Below are positions 27,431 through 37,575 of a stretch of 62,351 nt of DNA, piece by piece; position 1 is the stretch's first letter; each line of letters starts with the position of its first letter. The position numbers were made by a program, and so were the translations under genes. A model generated the notes under the pieces. It was not told the origin of the DNA. It was given only the letters and a program-made list of their open reading frames with translations, and searched no databases. The stretch comes from Acidimicrobiales bacterium. Lineage in GTDB: Bacteria > Actinomycetota > Acidimicrobiia > Acidimicrobiales > Ilumatobacteraceae. Where the stretch lies: assembly GCA_040382215.1 (NCBI GenBank), contig JBEIFW010000001.1:1-62351 (forward strand). Direction: 5' to 3'.

Positions 27431-29905
27431 ATGGCCAGTCCTCGACGGCGGCCCCCGCTGGTCGGCCTCCGGGTCCTCGAATGCGGCGACACCCTCGCGT
27501 CGGCGTACGCCGGTCGGCTCCTGGCCGACCTCGGCGCCGACGTGCTGGTCGTCGAGGACGCAACAGGGCATCCGCTCCGGCGGATCGGCCCGTTCCTCGG
27601 CGGCGTGGCCGGACCCGAACGCAGCGGTGCGTTCGGGTTCTTCGCCGCCGGGAAGTCCTCGATGCTCGTCGACGTCGGCTCACCCGAGGCCGGGCGGTCG
27701 CTCGAAGCGGCCGCCGGTCGGGCCGATGTCGTCATCCGCGCAAGCGAGAACGGGCACGACTGGCTCGACGATCCGGCCCTGGCCCGAGCCTGCGCCGCCA
27801 ATCCCGGGCTGATCGTCACCGACCTGTCGACCTACGGTCGGGTCGACCGATCGGACGATCGGCCGGCGGGGATGAGCGACCTGCTGGCACTCGCCGCAGG
27901 TGGGTTGCTCTCGGTGAACTCCACCGCACCGAGCGGACCGGACGCCACCCCGCTGCGGTACCGGGGCGAACTCGCCTCGATACACACTGCGGGCGACGCA
28001 GTCATCGCCGTGCTCGGCGCGTTGTTCGAGCGCGACCGCAGCGGCCTCGGCCAGCGGATCGACGTGTCGGCGCAGGCGGCGGTCGCTTCGATCCTCGCCA
28101 CTGCGCTCGCTACGTGGAGCTACAGCGGGGTGTCCCCGGTCCACAACGGCCGGCGTGGGGTGGCCCCCTGGGGGTTCTACCGCTGCCTCGACGGGACGGT
28201 CCTCGTCCAGGTCACCGAGGACAGCCAGTGGCGGGCGTTCGTCGAACTGCTCGGCAACCCCGATTGGGGGACGCTCGAGCTGTTCGCGTCCAACGCGCAA
28301 CGTATCGAGGCGATGGACGTGCTCGACCCGCTCGTCAACGAGGCGGTCGCCGGACGCACCACCGACGAACTGCTCGCCGGGTGCCACCGGCTCGGCGTGG
28401 CTGCCGCCCGGATCCACACCGCAGCCGACCTGCTCACCTGGGACCACCTGGCCGCTCGCCGGTTCTTCGATCAGGTGCCGGTCGACGTCGACGGGCAGCG
28501 GACCACCCTGACCGTCCCCGGTGTCCCCTGGCGCTATCGCAACACCGCTCGCCCCCGACGCGGCGCGCCACCGCAGTTGGGCGGGCACACGGGTCGCGCC
28601 GCCACCGACTGGGCACCACCTCCCCCCGCCCCGTCGGTGGCGGGCGAGCACGCACGGCGCACCACGGTGCCGCCGCCGCTCGCCGGCGTGCGCGTCGTGG
28701 ACCTCACCTGGGTGTGGGCCGGTCCGTATGCGTCACTGATGCTCGCCCATCTCGGCGCCGACGTGGTGAAGATCGAGTCGGCGGAACGGCTCGACGTCAC
28801 CCGGCAACTCGGCCCGTGGGCCGACGACCTTCCCGGGCCGGACCGATCCGGCTACTTCAACCAGTACAACCAGGGGAAGCGGTCGATGGTCGTCGACTTG
28901 CACCATCCCGACGGCGTGGCCGTCCTGCGCGGCCTGTTGAGCGATGCCGACGTGGTGATCGACAACCGCCGGGCTGGCACGCTCACCCGTCTCGGCTTTC
29001 CCTACGACTCGCTCCGGAAACTCAACCCCAGGATCGTGGCGGTGTCGATGACGGGCTTCGGCGAGGATGGGCCCGAACGGGATCGCATGGCGTACGGCTC
29101 GATCATCGATGCACTAAGCGGCGTCGCGTCGAGCAACGGCCGGCCCGGTGGTGGTCCGACCGATTTCCCGATGTCCCTCCCGGATCCCTGCGCCGGGTTC
29201 CACGCCGCGATCGCCACGCTCGCGGCACTGCGCCGGGCCCGCCGCACCGGTCGGGGCGAGCGCGTCGAATGCTCCATGCTCGACGCATCGGTGGCCGCGT
29301 TCCCGTGGCCGGTGCTCTACCAGGGTGTGGAGCGTCGCCCGCCACCCGTCATCGGCAACCGGGACGAGCGCTTCGCTCCCCATGACGTCTACCGCTGCCA
29401 AGGCGAGTACGAGTGGGTGGCGATCGCCGTGGCCGATGACGATGCATTTGGTCGACTCGCCGCAGCGATCGGACGCCCGGCGCTGGCGGCAGACCGGAGG
29501 TTCGCCACGGTCGCCGACCGACGCGCGCACGTCGACGAGTTGGACGCCGTGCTCACGACCTGGACCGCCTCCCGCACGCCGGCAGAGGCGGCCGGTGCGC
29601 TGCGCTCGGCGGGGATCCTGGCGGAAGCGGTTGCGCACATGCCTGACGTTGCGGCCTCCCCGGTGCTCGCCGCCCGTCACTTCTTCACCCGTCACGATCA
29701 TCCGGCGGTCGGCGTGAAGCCCCTGCCAGGTGCCGCCTGGTCGGCCGACCGGTCACCGATGGTCGTCGGCCGTGCCGCCCCATGCCTGGGTGCCGATACG
29801 CATGCGGTACTGCACGAATGGCTCGGCCTACCCGAGGACGAGATCGAGGGACTCGCCGAGGCGGGCGTGATCCGCGGCGAGGTCGCAACGCAGCCGGACC
29901 GCTAG
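27431..29905 (+). CDS. tandem-fused family III CoA-transferase (two CaiB/BaiF-like modules in one polypeptide)
   Basis: 824 aa with two copies of the N-terminal signature: LVGLRVLECGDTLASAYAGRLLADLGADVLVVE and LAGVRVVDLTWVWAGPYASLMLAHLGADVVKIE. Each copy is followed by a full-length transferase body. Confidence 0.85.
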   Translation: MASPRRRPPLVGLRVLECGDTLASAYAGRLLADLGADVLVVEDATGHPLRRIGPFLGGVAGPERSGAFGFFAAGKSSMLVDVGSPEAGRSLEAAAGRADVVIRASENGHDWLDDPALARACAANPGLIVTDLSTYGRVDRSDDRPAGMSDLLALAAGGLLSVNSTAPSGPDATPLRYRGELASIHTAGDAVIAVLGALFERDRSGLGQRIDVSAQAAVASILATALATWSYSGVSPVHNGRRGVAPWGFYRCLDGTVLVQVTEDSQWRAFVELLGNPDWGTLELFASNAQRIEAMDVLDPLVNEAVAGRTTDELLAGCHRLGVAAARIHTAADLLTWDHLAARRFFDQVPVDVDGQRTTLTVPGVPWRYRNTARPRRGAPPQLGGHTGRAATDWAPPPPAPSVAGEHARRTTVPPPLAGVRVVDLTWVWAGPYASLMLAHLGADVVKIESAERLDVTRQLGPWADDLPGPDRSGYFNQYNQGKRSMVVDLHHPDGVAVLRGLLSDADVVIDNRRAGTLTRLGFPYDSLRKLNPRIVAVSMTGFGEDGPERDRMAYGSIIDALSGVASSNGRPGGGPTDFPMSLPDPCAGFHAAIATLAALRRARRTGRGERVECSMLDASVAAFPWPVLYQGVERRPPPVIGNRDERFAPHDVYRCQGEYEWVAIAVADDDAFGRLAAAIGRPALAADRRFATVADRRAHVDELDAVLTTWTASRTPAEAAGALRSAGILAEAVAHMPDVAASPVLAARHFFTRHDHPAVGVKPLPGAAWSADRSPMVVGRAAPCLGADTHAVLHEWLGLPEDEIEGLAEAGVIRGEVATQPDR

Positions 29906-31098
29906 GCGCCCAACTCGAGCACGTCGGCATCATCCTCGCCGGCCGTGATCCCGCGGTCGGTGCGCAACGCGCTGAGCCGCTGCAGCGGGCGCTCGAGCTG
30001 CCGCCGCCGGGGGCCGGCGAGATCCTCGAACGCCTTTTGCGTGGACTCGAGCCGCTTGCCGACCACATCGAGCGCTCCGACGAACTTGCCCCATTGGGTC
30101 TCGAAGCCGGCCAGCACCCGCAGGATCTCCTCCGAGGTCTGCTCGACCATGAAGGTGTCGTAGGCCTGACGCACCACGCCGAGCAGGGCGAACAACGTCA
30201 TCGGCGTGCACAGCACCACCCGCTGGCCGAGCGCGTCGTCGAACAGGGCCGGGTCCTGTTCGAAAAGGAACGTACCCAAGGTTTCGTTCGGGAGGAAGAG
30301 CAACACGTAGTCGACGCTCGGCGCCTTGCCGTTGCGCGCGTACTCCCGGCTCGACAACTCACGGATCCGGATCCGGACATCGCGCAGGAACGCCTCGCGA
30401 TGCGCCGAGCGCTCGGCCTCGGTGCCGGCCTCCAGGAACCGCAGATAGGCCGTGAGCGGGAACTTCACATCCATGTAGAGCTCGTGACCCTTGGGAAGCG
30501 GGAAGGTGAAATCCGGGATGCCGCCGCCGTCGACGCTGCGCTGCTTGCGGTAGTTGACGTTCTCGACGAACCCGGCGAGGCGGAGCACGTCCTCGGCCAT
30601 CCGCTCGCCCCACTGGCCCCGGGTCTTGCTGTTGGCAAGCGCCTCCCGCAAGCCCTGCGTGGTGCGGGCGAGCGCAGCGGTGGACTCCGCATGGGCCGAC
30701 AACGCCGCCGTGACCTCGCCGACGCTGCGATGCGTGACGTTGCCGAGCTGCGCGACCAGACCTGCGACCCGGTCGAGCTCGGTACGGACCTCGGTGCGTA
30801 CCTGTTCGAGCCGAGCATCGATGACGTCTTTCTTGGCGGTGAGCTCCTCCCGGCCCGCCGACAGCGAGGCTCCGAGCGCCTCCCGCTGCAGCACGGCGGC
30901 CTGCTCGAGCGCTGCGCGCACCGCCGCATCCCGCTCGGCTGCGGCCTGGGCCCGAACCTGCTCGACCAATGCGGCGACCGCCTCGGGAACGAGCGCCGCC
31001 TCGCGGCGACGGGCCCGGGCGGCGACGACGGTGACGAGCGCAGCGGTGAGGCCGAGGAGGGCCAGCAGGGCCGAAACGGCGAGCAGCACGACGGACAT
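29902..31098 (-). CDS. rmuC: DNA recombination protein RmuC
   Basis: 398 aa: an N-terminal TM segment, a long coiled coil, then the RmuC nuclease-like core (RGQWGERMAEDVLRLAGF ... IPDFTFPLP ... LYMDVKFP ... VLLFLPNE). Confidence 0.9.
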   Translation of the reverse strand: MSVVLLAVSALLALLGLTAALVTVVAARARRREAALVPEAVAALVEQVRAQAAAERDAAVRAALEQAAVLQREALGASLSAGREELTAKKDVIDARLEQVRTEVRTELDRVAGLVAQLGNVTHRSVGEVTAALSAHAESTAALARTTQGLREALANSKTRGQWGERMAEDVLRLAGFVENVNYRKQRSVDGGGIPDFTFPLPKGHELYMDVKFPLTAYLRFLEAGTEAERSAHREAFLRDVRIRIRELSSREYARNGKAPSVDYVLLFLPNETLGTFLFEQDPALFDDALGQRVVLCTPMTLFALLGVVRQAYDTFMVEQTSEEILRVLAGFETQWGKFVGALDVVGKRLESTQKAFEDLAGPRRRQLERPLQRLSALRTDRGITAGEDDADVLELGA

Positions 31099-31146
31099 GA
31101 CCCCATCATGTCGACGGGGTGCAGCACGGTTGCGGGATGACGACGA

Positions 31147-31509
31147 TCAGCGAGGTGCGGCGTGCCGGCGCAGGTCGTCGAGCGAAACCCAGTCGAGGGC
31201 CCGGACGTGGGTGGCCTCGAGCACGACCGGCGGCGCCACCCCGGCCTCGAGCGCCTCGGCCCAGCGGGAGGCGCACAGGCACCACCGGTCGCCCGGCCGC
31301 AGTCCGGGGAACCCCCACTGGGTGGCCGGGGTGATCAGGTCGTTGCCCTGCTCGCGCGAGAACGCGAGGAACTCCGCCGTGACGACCGCGCACACGACGT
31401 GGACCCCGTCATCGTCGGGCCCTGTCCGACAGCAGCCGTCGCGGAAGAAACCCGTGCGCGGTTCGAGACCGCACGGCTCGAGTTCGGTGCCCAGGACGTT
31501 GTTCGGCAT
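31147..31509 (-). CDS. DUF2237 family protein
   Basis: MPNNVLGTELEPCGLEPRTGFFRDGCCRTGPDDDGVHVVCAVVTAEFLAFSREQGNDL ... GDRWCLCASRW is the characteristic Cys pattern. ATG at 31509. Confidence 0.75.
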   Translation of the reverse strand: MPNNVLGTELEPCGLEPRTGFFRDGCCRTGPDDDGVHVVCAVVTAEFLAFSREQGNDLITPATQWGFPGLRPGDRWCLCASRWAEALEAGVAPPVVLEATHVRALDWVSLDDLRRHAAPR

Positions 31510-31513
31510 CCCC

Positions 31514-33400
31514 TCAGCCTTCCCCGGCCCCGACCGTCGACGTCGAACCCGACAGGGTCCGGTAAAGGTCGGCGTAGAGGCCGCCGGCGGCGAGCAACTC
31601 GTCGTGGGTGCCACGCTCGACGATCCGCCCGGCGTCGACGACGCAGATGAGGTCGGCGTCACGGATCGTCGACAACCGGTGCGCGATCACGAGCGCCGTC
31701 CGGCCCTGCAGCGCCTCCTCGAGCGCCGCCTGGACGGCGGCCTCGTTCTCCGCATCGAGGTGGCTGGTCGCCTCGTCGAGCACGACGATCGCCGGATCCT
31801 TCAACAGCATCCGAGCGATGGCGACCCGCTGCTTCTCCCCGCCCGAGAGCCGGTAGCCCCGCTCGCCGACCACCGTGTCGTACCCCTCGGGGAGTCCGGC
31901 GATCACGTCGTGGATGCGCGCCGCGCGGCAGGCCGCTTCGAGCTCGGCCTGGGTCGCCTCGGGTCGGGCATAGCGCAGGTTCGCCGCGATCGACTCATGG
32001 AACAGGTGCGGGTCCTGCGGAACGACGCCGATCGAGGCTCGCAGCGACGCCTGCGTGAGATCGCGCACGTCGACGCCGTCGACGCGCACCGCCCCCGACG
32101 ACGCGTCGTACAGCCGGGGCACGAGCGAGGCGATCGTCGACTTCCCTGCGCCCGAAGGACCGACCAGCGCCACCACCGTCCCGGGTTCGACGGCGAGGTC
32201 GACGTCGTGGAGCACCGGATCGCCCGGCGTCGTGCCCAAGGCGCTCGACCCCGGGGACTCGAGCGAGGCGATCGACACCTCGCTGGGGGCGGGGTACCGG
32301 AACGACACCCGGTCGAACACCACTCGACCCCGGGGAGCGACCAACTCGACGGCGCCGGGCCGGTCCGTGACCGAGACCGGGGCGTCGAGCACCTCGAACA
32401 CCCGCTCGAAGCTCACCACCGCAGTCATCAGGTCGATGCGGGCGTTGGTGAGTTGCATCAGCGGCGCATAGATCCTCGTCACGAGCGCCGCCATGGCGAC
32501 GAGATCCCCGGTCGACAACTCGCCGCCGATCACCAGATGGCCGCCGAAGCCGTAGGTGGCCGCCGCCCCGACCGCCGCCACGACACCCATCGCCACGAAG
32601 AACACCCGGCTGTACATGGCCACCTTGACGCCCGCCGCCGCCACCCCTGCGGCCCGGGCGTCGAAGGCCGACAGCTCCTCGGGATGGCGGCCGTAGAGCT
32701 TGACGAGTTGCGCGCCGGCGACGTTGAACCGCTCGGTCATCTGGGTGTTCATCTGGGCGTTGAGCGTCATCTGCTGGCGGAACAGGGCCTGGACACGACG
32801 GCCGACCCGCTTGGCCGGCACGACGAACAGCGGCAGCACGACGAGCGACACGACGGTGAGACGCCATTCCAGGACGAGCATCGCCACGAGCGTCGTCACG
32901 AGCACCACGCCGTTGGACAGCACCTGTCCGAGCGTGCCGGTCACGGCGTTCTGGGCGCCGACGACATCGTTGTTCAACCGACTGATCAACGCCCCGGTCT
33001 GGGTGCGCGTGGAGAACGCGATCGGCATCCGCTGGACCTTGTCGAACAACGTCACCCGGAGCCGGTAGATCAGCCCCTCGCCCACGCGTGAGGAGCACCA
33101 CCGCTGCACCACGGCGAGCCCGGCATCGGCCAGGGCCGCAAGGACCGTCAGCGCGGCGAGCACGGTGACCAGTCCACGCTCACCCTCGGGCAGTGCCGTG
33201 TCGATGATCGAACGGAACAGCAACGGCGGGACGAGCGCCAGCAGTGCGGAGAGCACGATGGCGGTCAGGAAGCCGGTGATCCAGGCCCGGAAGGGCCGGG
33301 CGAACCCCCAGGCCCGCCGGAGCACGGCCACCTCGAGGCGCTTGCCCTTCACCGCAGACGCGTCGTTGCCCCAGCCGTGGAAGCCGCCACCCATCATCAC
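31514..33400 (-). CDS. ABC exporter, fused permease/ATPase (MsbA/MdlB-like)
   Basis: 628 aa: a six-TM ABC_membrane domain plus an NBD (GPSGAGKST, LSGGEKQRVAIAR, VVLDEATS). Confidence 0.9.
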   Translation of the reverse strand: MMMGGGFHGWGNDASAVKGKRLEVAVLRRAWGFARPFRAWITGFLTAIVLSALLALVPPLLFRSIIDTALPEGERGLVTVLAALTVLAALADAGLAVVQRWCSSRVGEGLIYRLRVTLFDKVQRMPIAFSTRTQTGALISRLNNDVVGAQNAVTGTLGQVLSNGVVLVTTLVAMLVLEWRLTVVSLVVLPLFVVPAKRVGRRVQALFRQQMTLNAQMNTQMTERFNVAGAQLVKLYGRHPEELSAFDARAAGVAAAGVKVAMYSRVFFVAMGVVAAVGAAATYGFGGHLVIGGELSTGDLVAMAALVTRIYAPLMQLTNARIDLMTAVVSFERVFEVLDAPVSVTDRPGAVELVAPRGRVVFDRVSFRYPAPSEVSIASLESPGSSALGTTPGDPVLHDVDLAVEPGTVVALVGPSGAGKSTIASLVPRLYDASSGAVRVDGVDVRDLTQASLRASIGVVPQDPHLFHESIAANLRYARPEATQAELEAACRAARIHDVIAGLPEGYDTVVGERGYRLSGGEKQRVAIARMLLKDPAIVVLDEATSHLDAENEAAVQAALEEALQGRTALVIAHRLSTIRDADLICVVDAGRIVERGTHDELLAAGGLYADLYRTLSGSTSTVGAGEG

Positions 33401-33460
33401 GGGCTGCAGGCTACGGCCGCGCCGAGGTTCGGCACCGTGGCGACGTACGATTCCGGCGCC

Positions 33461-34960
33461 ATGCTGCGATCGCTACCGACCTTCGTCGTGCTCGCAGTGT
33501 CGGTCCTCGCCGCCGGATGTGCCACGGTGACCTCGGTGACCGTGGCACCGACGCCGTCCACGTCGACCGCGCCGTCGTCGTCGCCGAACCCGACCAGGGG
33601 CGAGCAGGCTCGGCCGACGATCGACTGGCGCCCGTGCGGCAACCGTCTCGAATGCGGGACGATGACGGTTCCACTCGACCACTCAGGTCGCACCGAGGGC
33701 ACCATCACGCTTGCGCTACGCCGCCACCTGGCCGATCCGGGGCGCCGGGTCGGCTCGATCGTCACGAACCCTGGCGGCCCGGGGGTACCGGCCCTGGACC
33801 TCGTCGACGCCACCCCACGGCTGTTCCCCGGGCTGATCGACCGATTCGACATCGTGGCCTGGGACCCGCGCGGCGTCGGGGAGTCCGACGCCGTGGCCTG
33901 CACCGATGACATCGACGCCTACTTCGCGCTCGACCCAACTCCGGACACACCGGCCGAGAAGCAGGCGCTCATCGACGCAGCCGCACGGTACGTCGCCGAG
34001 TGCTCCCGCCGATCGGGGCGGCTTCTGCCCTTCGTGGGTACCGCCGACACCGCTCGGGATCTCGACCTCGTGCGGGCCGCGCTCGGCGAGGACCGGCTCA
34101 CGTACCTGGGCTTCTCCTACGGCAGCGAGATCGGTGCGATGTACGCCACCCTGTTCCCCACCCGGGTGCGGGCGATCGTGCTCGACGGTGCCGTGGACAT
34201 CAACGCCTCCTACGAGGAGGACACCCTCCGTCAATACACCGCGCTCGAGACCTCGCTCGCCAAGGTGCTCGACGACTGCTCGGCCCGGCGATCGTGTCCG
34301 TTCTGGAACAACGGCGCCGCCGGAAAGGCCTTCGACGAGTTGATGGTCGCCCTCGATCGCGCCCCGCTGGCCTCGCCAGCTGGGCGGCCTGCCGTGGGGC
34401 AGGGCATCGCCTACGTCGCCGTCGTCTCCGGCCTGTACGACGCGACGCTCTGGCCAGCGTTGACCCGCGCGCTCGCCGCCGCCCAGAAAGGCGACGGTGG
34501 GCCGCTCCTTGCGATGTACGACGCCTATACGAACCACGGCGACCCGGCCTGGGCCCACACGTTCGATGCCAACAGCGCCGTCAACTGCCTCGATGATCCC
34601 GGACCGCTCGATCCGAGCTTTCCCGTGCGTTTCGCCGACCAGCTGGGTGCGGTCGCCCCGCGCCTCGGGCGGGTAGGCGCCTACGCCTACACCTGCATGG
34701 TCTGGCCCGCCCGGGCGCCCAAAGTGCGTGTCACCGCCGCCGGCGTCGCCGGACCGATCCTGTTGGTGGGGACGACCGGGGACCCGATCACCCCGCTCTC
34801 GGCCACGCAAGCCCTGGCCAAGGACCTCGAGCGAGCGACGCTGCTGACGGTCGAGGCCGAAGGCCACACCGGCTACCAACGCAACGCGTGCAGCCGCCGC
34901 ACCGTCGACTCGTTCCTCCGCGACCTCACCGTGCCGGCGCCCGGTACCGTCTGCCGGTGA
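33461..34960 (+). CDS. secreted lipoprotein, alpha/beta hydrolase of the tripeptidyl-aminopeptidase (Streptomyces Tap) type
   Basis: ATG at 33461. It has the signal+lipobox [24 protein letters not shown], the nucleophile elbow GFSYGS, and the C-terminal TAP-like domain (EGHTGY). Confidence 0.85.
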   Translation: MLRSLPTFVVLAVSVLAAGCATVTSVTVAPTPSTSTAPSSSPNPTRGEQARPTIDWRPCGNRLECGTMTVPLDHSGRTEGTITLALRRHLADPGRRVGSIVTNPGGPGVPALDLVDATPRLFPGLIDRFDIVAWDPRGVGESDAVACTDDIDAYFALDPTPDTPAEKQALIDAAARYVAECSRRSGRLLPFVGTADTARDLDLVRAALGEDRLTYLGFSYGSEIGAMYATLFPTRVRAIVLDGAVDINASYEEDTLRQYTALETSLAKVLDDCSARRSCPFWNNGAAGKAFDELMVALDRAPLASPAGRPAVGQGIAYVAVVSGLYDATLWPALTRALAAAQKGDGGPLLAMYDAYTNHGDPAWAHTFDANSAVNCLDDPGPLDPSFPVRFADQLGAVAPRLGRVGAYAYTCMVWPARAPKVRVTAAGVAGPILLVGTTGDPITPLSATQALAKDLERATLLTVEAEGHTGYQRNACSRRTVDSFLRDLTVPAPGTVCR

Positions 34961-35574
34961 TGTCCGATCCACGTCAGCAACTCGTCTGCCTCGACCTCGA
35001 GGGAGTCCTCGTCCCGGAGATCTGGATCGCCGTCGCCGAGCGGACGGGGATCGAGGCACTGCGGCGCACCACCCGCGACGAGCCCGACTACGACGTGCTG
35101 ATGCAGTACCGGCTGGGCCTCCTCGCCGAGCACGGCCTCACGATGTCGCTCGTCGCCGACGTGATCGCTTCACTCGGGCCGTTACCCGGCGCACGCGAGT
35201 TCCTCGACGAACTGCGGGCGCGAACCCAGGTCGTGATCCTGTCGGACACCTTCGAACAGTTCGGCCGGCCGCTGATGGCCCACTTGGGCTGGCCGACCCT
35301 GCTGTGCCATCGCCTCGAGGTCGCCGACGACCGGATCGTGGGCTACCGCCTGCGCATGGCAGACCAGAAGCGCCACGCCGTACGAGCCTTCCACGGCCTC
35401 AACTATCGGGTCGTCGCAGCGGGCGACAGCTACAACGACACCGCGATGCTGGCCGAGGCCGACGCCGGCATCCTGTTCCACGCACCCGACAACGTGAAGG
35501 CCGAGTTCCCGCAGTTCCCGACCGCAGAGACCTACGGGGAACTCGCGGCGCGTATCGCCGACGCGTTGGCCTGA
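34960..35574 (+). CDS. thrH: phosphoserine phosphatase / homoserine phosphotransferase ThrH (HAD family)
   Basis: [52 protein letters not shown] ... VVILSDTF ... [24 protein letters not shown] shows close pattern identity to Pseudomonas ThrH. The ATG overlaps the upstream stop (TGATG). Confidence 0.85.
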   Translation: MSDPRQQLVCLDLEGVLVPEIWIAVAERTGIEALRRTTRDEPDYDVLMQYRLGLLAEHGLTMSLVADVIASLGPLPGAREFLDELRARTQVVILSDTFEQFGRPLMAHLGWPTLLCHRLEVADDRIVGYRLRMADQKRHAVRAFHGLNYRVVAAGDSYNDTAMLAEADAGILFHAPDNVKAEFPQFPTAETYGELAARIADALA

Positions 35575-35591
35575 ACCACAAGGAGCCCATC

Positions 35592-35879
35592 GTGATCCGA
35601 GCCCTCTGGAACGACACCGTGATCGCCGAGACCGACGACACCGTCGTCGTCGAAGGGAACCACTACTTCCCTGCCTCGGCGCTCGTGGCCGCCCACTTCG
35701 AGCCGAGCGACCGCCACACGACCTGCCCCTGGAAGGGTGTTGCGTCCTACTACGACGTGGTCGTCGACGGCCGGCGCAACGAAGGCGCCGCCTGGTACTA
35801 CCCCGACCCGAAGCCCGCCGCCGACGAGATCCGCGGCCGCGTCGCGTTCTGGCGCGGGGTGCGCGTCACCGCCGACTGA
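35592..35879 (+). CDS. DUF427 domain protein
   Basis: GTG at 35592 lies 6 nt after AAGGAG. WNDTVIAETDDTVVVEGNHYFP ... TTCPWKGVASYYDVVVDG ... AAWYYPDPKPAADEIRGRVAFW is the DUF427 signature. Confidence 0.8.
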   Translation: MIRALWNDTVIAETDDTVVVEGNHYFPASALVAAHFEPSDRHTTCPWKGVASYYDVVVDGRRNEGAAWYYPDPKPAADEIRGRVAFWRGVRVTAD

Positions 35880-35915
35880 GCCTCCACGAGCTGGGTCGCC
35901 GGCAGAAGGCGAGGT

Positions 35916-36800
35916 TCACTCCGACCGGCTCGCCAGGAAACGGGCAAGCTGACGGTCGTGGCGGCTCTGCGCGCTGCGGCGTGCCGTGGTGAACGCCGGC
36001 CACCGCGCCGGCGTTCCGTCAGGTCGGTCGCCCATGACCGTCACCCGCTGGATGATCCGCTCACCGACGAAATCGTTCAGGACGAAGTGCTGGGTGCAGC
36101 GATTGTCCCAGATGGCGATCGTGCCCTCGCTCCAGCGGTAGCGCACGGTGAACCGCTCCTGGTGAACCCAATCGCACAGCAATCCCAGCAGCGCTGTCGA
36201 CTCGACGTGCCCGAGCTCGACGATGCGGCGCGTGAAGTGTTCGTTCACGTAGAGCGAGCGCCGGCCCGTGACGGGGTGGACCCGCACGACGGGATGGATC
36301 GCCATCTGCTCCGGCCGGCCGTGGGGGGCTGCATCGTGCAGCGCCTGTAGTCCGTCGCACAGCTCGCGTATCGGTGCCGACAGCTCCTCGTAGGCGAGCT
36401 CGAGGTTCGTCCACATCGTGTCGCCCCCCACCGCCGGACAACGCACCATGTGCAGCACCGAGCACACCGACGGCTGCTCCAGGAAGGTGAGATCGGTGTG
36501 CCACTCGTCGGCGATCCCACCCGCGCTGGCCGCAAGCTCGAAGATCTCGGGATGCTCGGTGAACGGGTTGCGCAGGTTCGGGTGGGCTTCGAGTGGCCCG
36601 AGCGCCCGGCCGATCGCCACGTGCTGGTCCGTGGTGAGGAACTGCCCCGGGAAGAACAGGACCTTGTGCTCGAGCAACAGTCGCTCGACGACGGGCGCCA
36701 CCACTGCGGCGTCGGCCAAGACGAGTCCGTGCACCTCGGCGCCCAACGACGGGGCGAGCGGGACGACGCGGACGGCGGCGGGAACCTCGGTGACGCTCAT
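35916..36800 (-). CDS. TauD/TfdA-family Fe(II)/2-oxoglutarate dioxygenase
   Basis: ATG at 36800. LGAEVHGL ... VLFFPGQ ... WHTDLTF ... GGDTMW ... HPVVRVHP ... IAIWDNRCTQH carries the HxD...H facial triad pattern. Confidence 0.85.
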   Translation of the reverse strand: MSVTEVPAAVRVVPLAPSLGAEVHGLVLADAAVVAPVVERLLLEHKVLFFPGQFLTTDQHVAIGRALGPLEAHPNLRNPFTEHPEIFELAASAGGIADEWHTDLTFLEQPSVCSVLHMVRCPAVGGDTMWTNLELAYEELSAPIRELCDGLQALHDAAPHGRPEQMAIHPVVRVHPVTGRRSLYVNEHFTRRIVELGHVESTALLGLLCDWVHQERFTVRYRWSEGTIAIWDNRCTQHFVLNDFVGERIIQRVTVMGDRPDGTPARWPAFTTARRSAQSRHDRQLARFLASRSE

Positions 36801-36822
36801 GCCCGACAGCGTCGCGCGTCGC

Positions 36823-37575
36823 TCAGGCATCGCGCCGCACGACCGACCGGGCCCCGGCGGCGGCCAAGACCGTGACAACGGCACACAGGTAGGCGAACCC
36901 CAGCCACCCCGCAGGCCCGGCGGCGTCGTCCCCGGCGAGCGACAACACCCGGTCGCCCGCGGTGAACGGCAACCAACCCCCGACGTCGGGGAAGAATCCG
37001 GCGATCACCGGCTCGACGAGCATCCGCCAGGCCACCAGCACCACGATCCCCCCGACGGGCTGACGCAACAACATCCCGAGGGCCAGACCGGCCAGTGCGA
37101 ACACGGCTCCGGTGACCACCCAGCCGGCGAGCGAGCGCAGCGCCGTCGCGTCGGCGAAGGCGACCGGCCAGCCGCGCGCGCCGAGGATGACCGCGCCGAG
37201 CCCGACCGCCATCGCCAGCGAGATCGCCGCCGTCAGCGCCGTCACGACGGCGGTGACGATCCCCTTCGCCAGGAGGACCCGGCCGCGGCGGGGCTCGGCG
37301 GCGAAGGTGACCCGGATCGTCGAGAACCGGAACTCCTGGCCGATCACCAGGACGCCGAGGCTCCCGAGCAGGAACCGGGCGATCCCCATACCCCCCACCA
37401 GCAACACGCTGCGGTCGCGCGGGTCCCCGGCACCGTCCCCCAACGAAGCGAGGTCGACGACGGCGGCGACGAGGACGGCGAGACCGACGGTGCAGGCGAT
37501 CGTGCAGACGAGCAGCACCACGAGCGAGCGGGTCGCGAACACCTTGCGCCACTCGGAACGGACAGCGTCGATCAT
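36823..37575 (-). CDS. ABC-2 type transporter permease
   Basis: MIDAVRSEWRKVFATRS followed by about 6 TM segments. The ATG overlaps the ATPase stop (ATGA). Confidence 0.75.
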   Translation of the reverse strand: MIDAVRSEWRKVFATRSLVVLLVCTIACTVGLAVLVAAVVDLASLGDGAGDPRDRSVLLVGGMGIARFLLGSLGVLVIGQEFRFSTIRVTFAAEPRRGRVLLAKGIVTAVVTALTAAISLAMAVGLGAVILGARGWPVAFADATALRSLAGWVVTGAVFALAGLALGMLLRQPVGGIVVLVAWRMLVEPVIAGFFPDVGGWLPFTAGDRVLSLAGDDAAGPAGWLGFAYLCAVVTVLAAAGARSVVRRDA

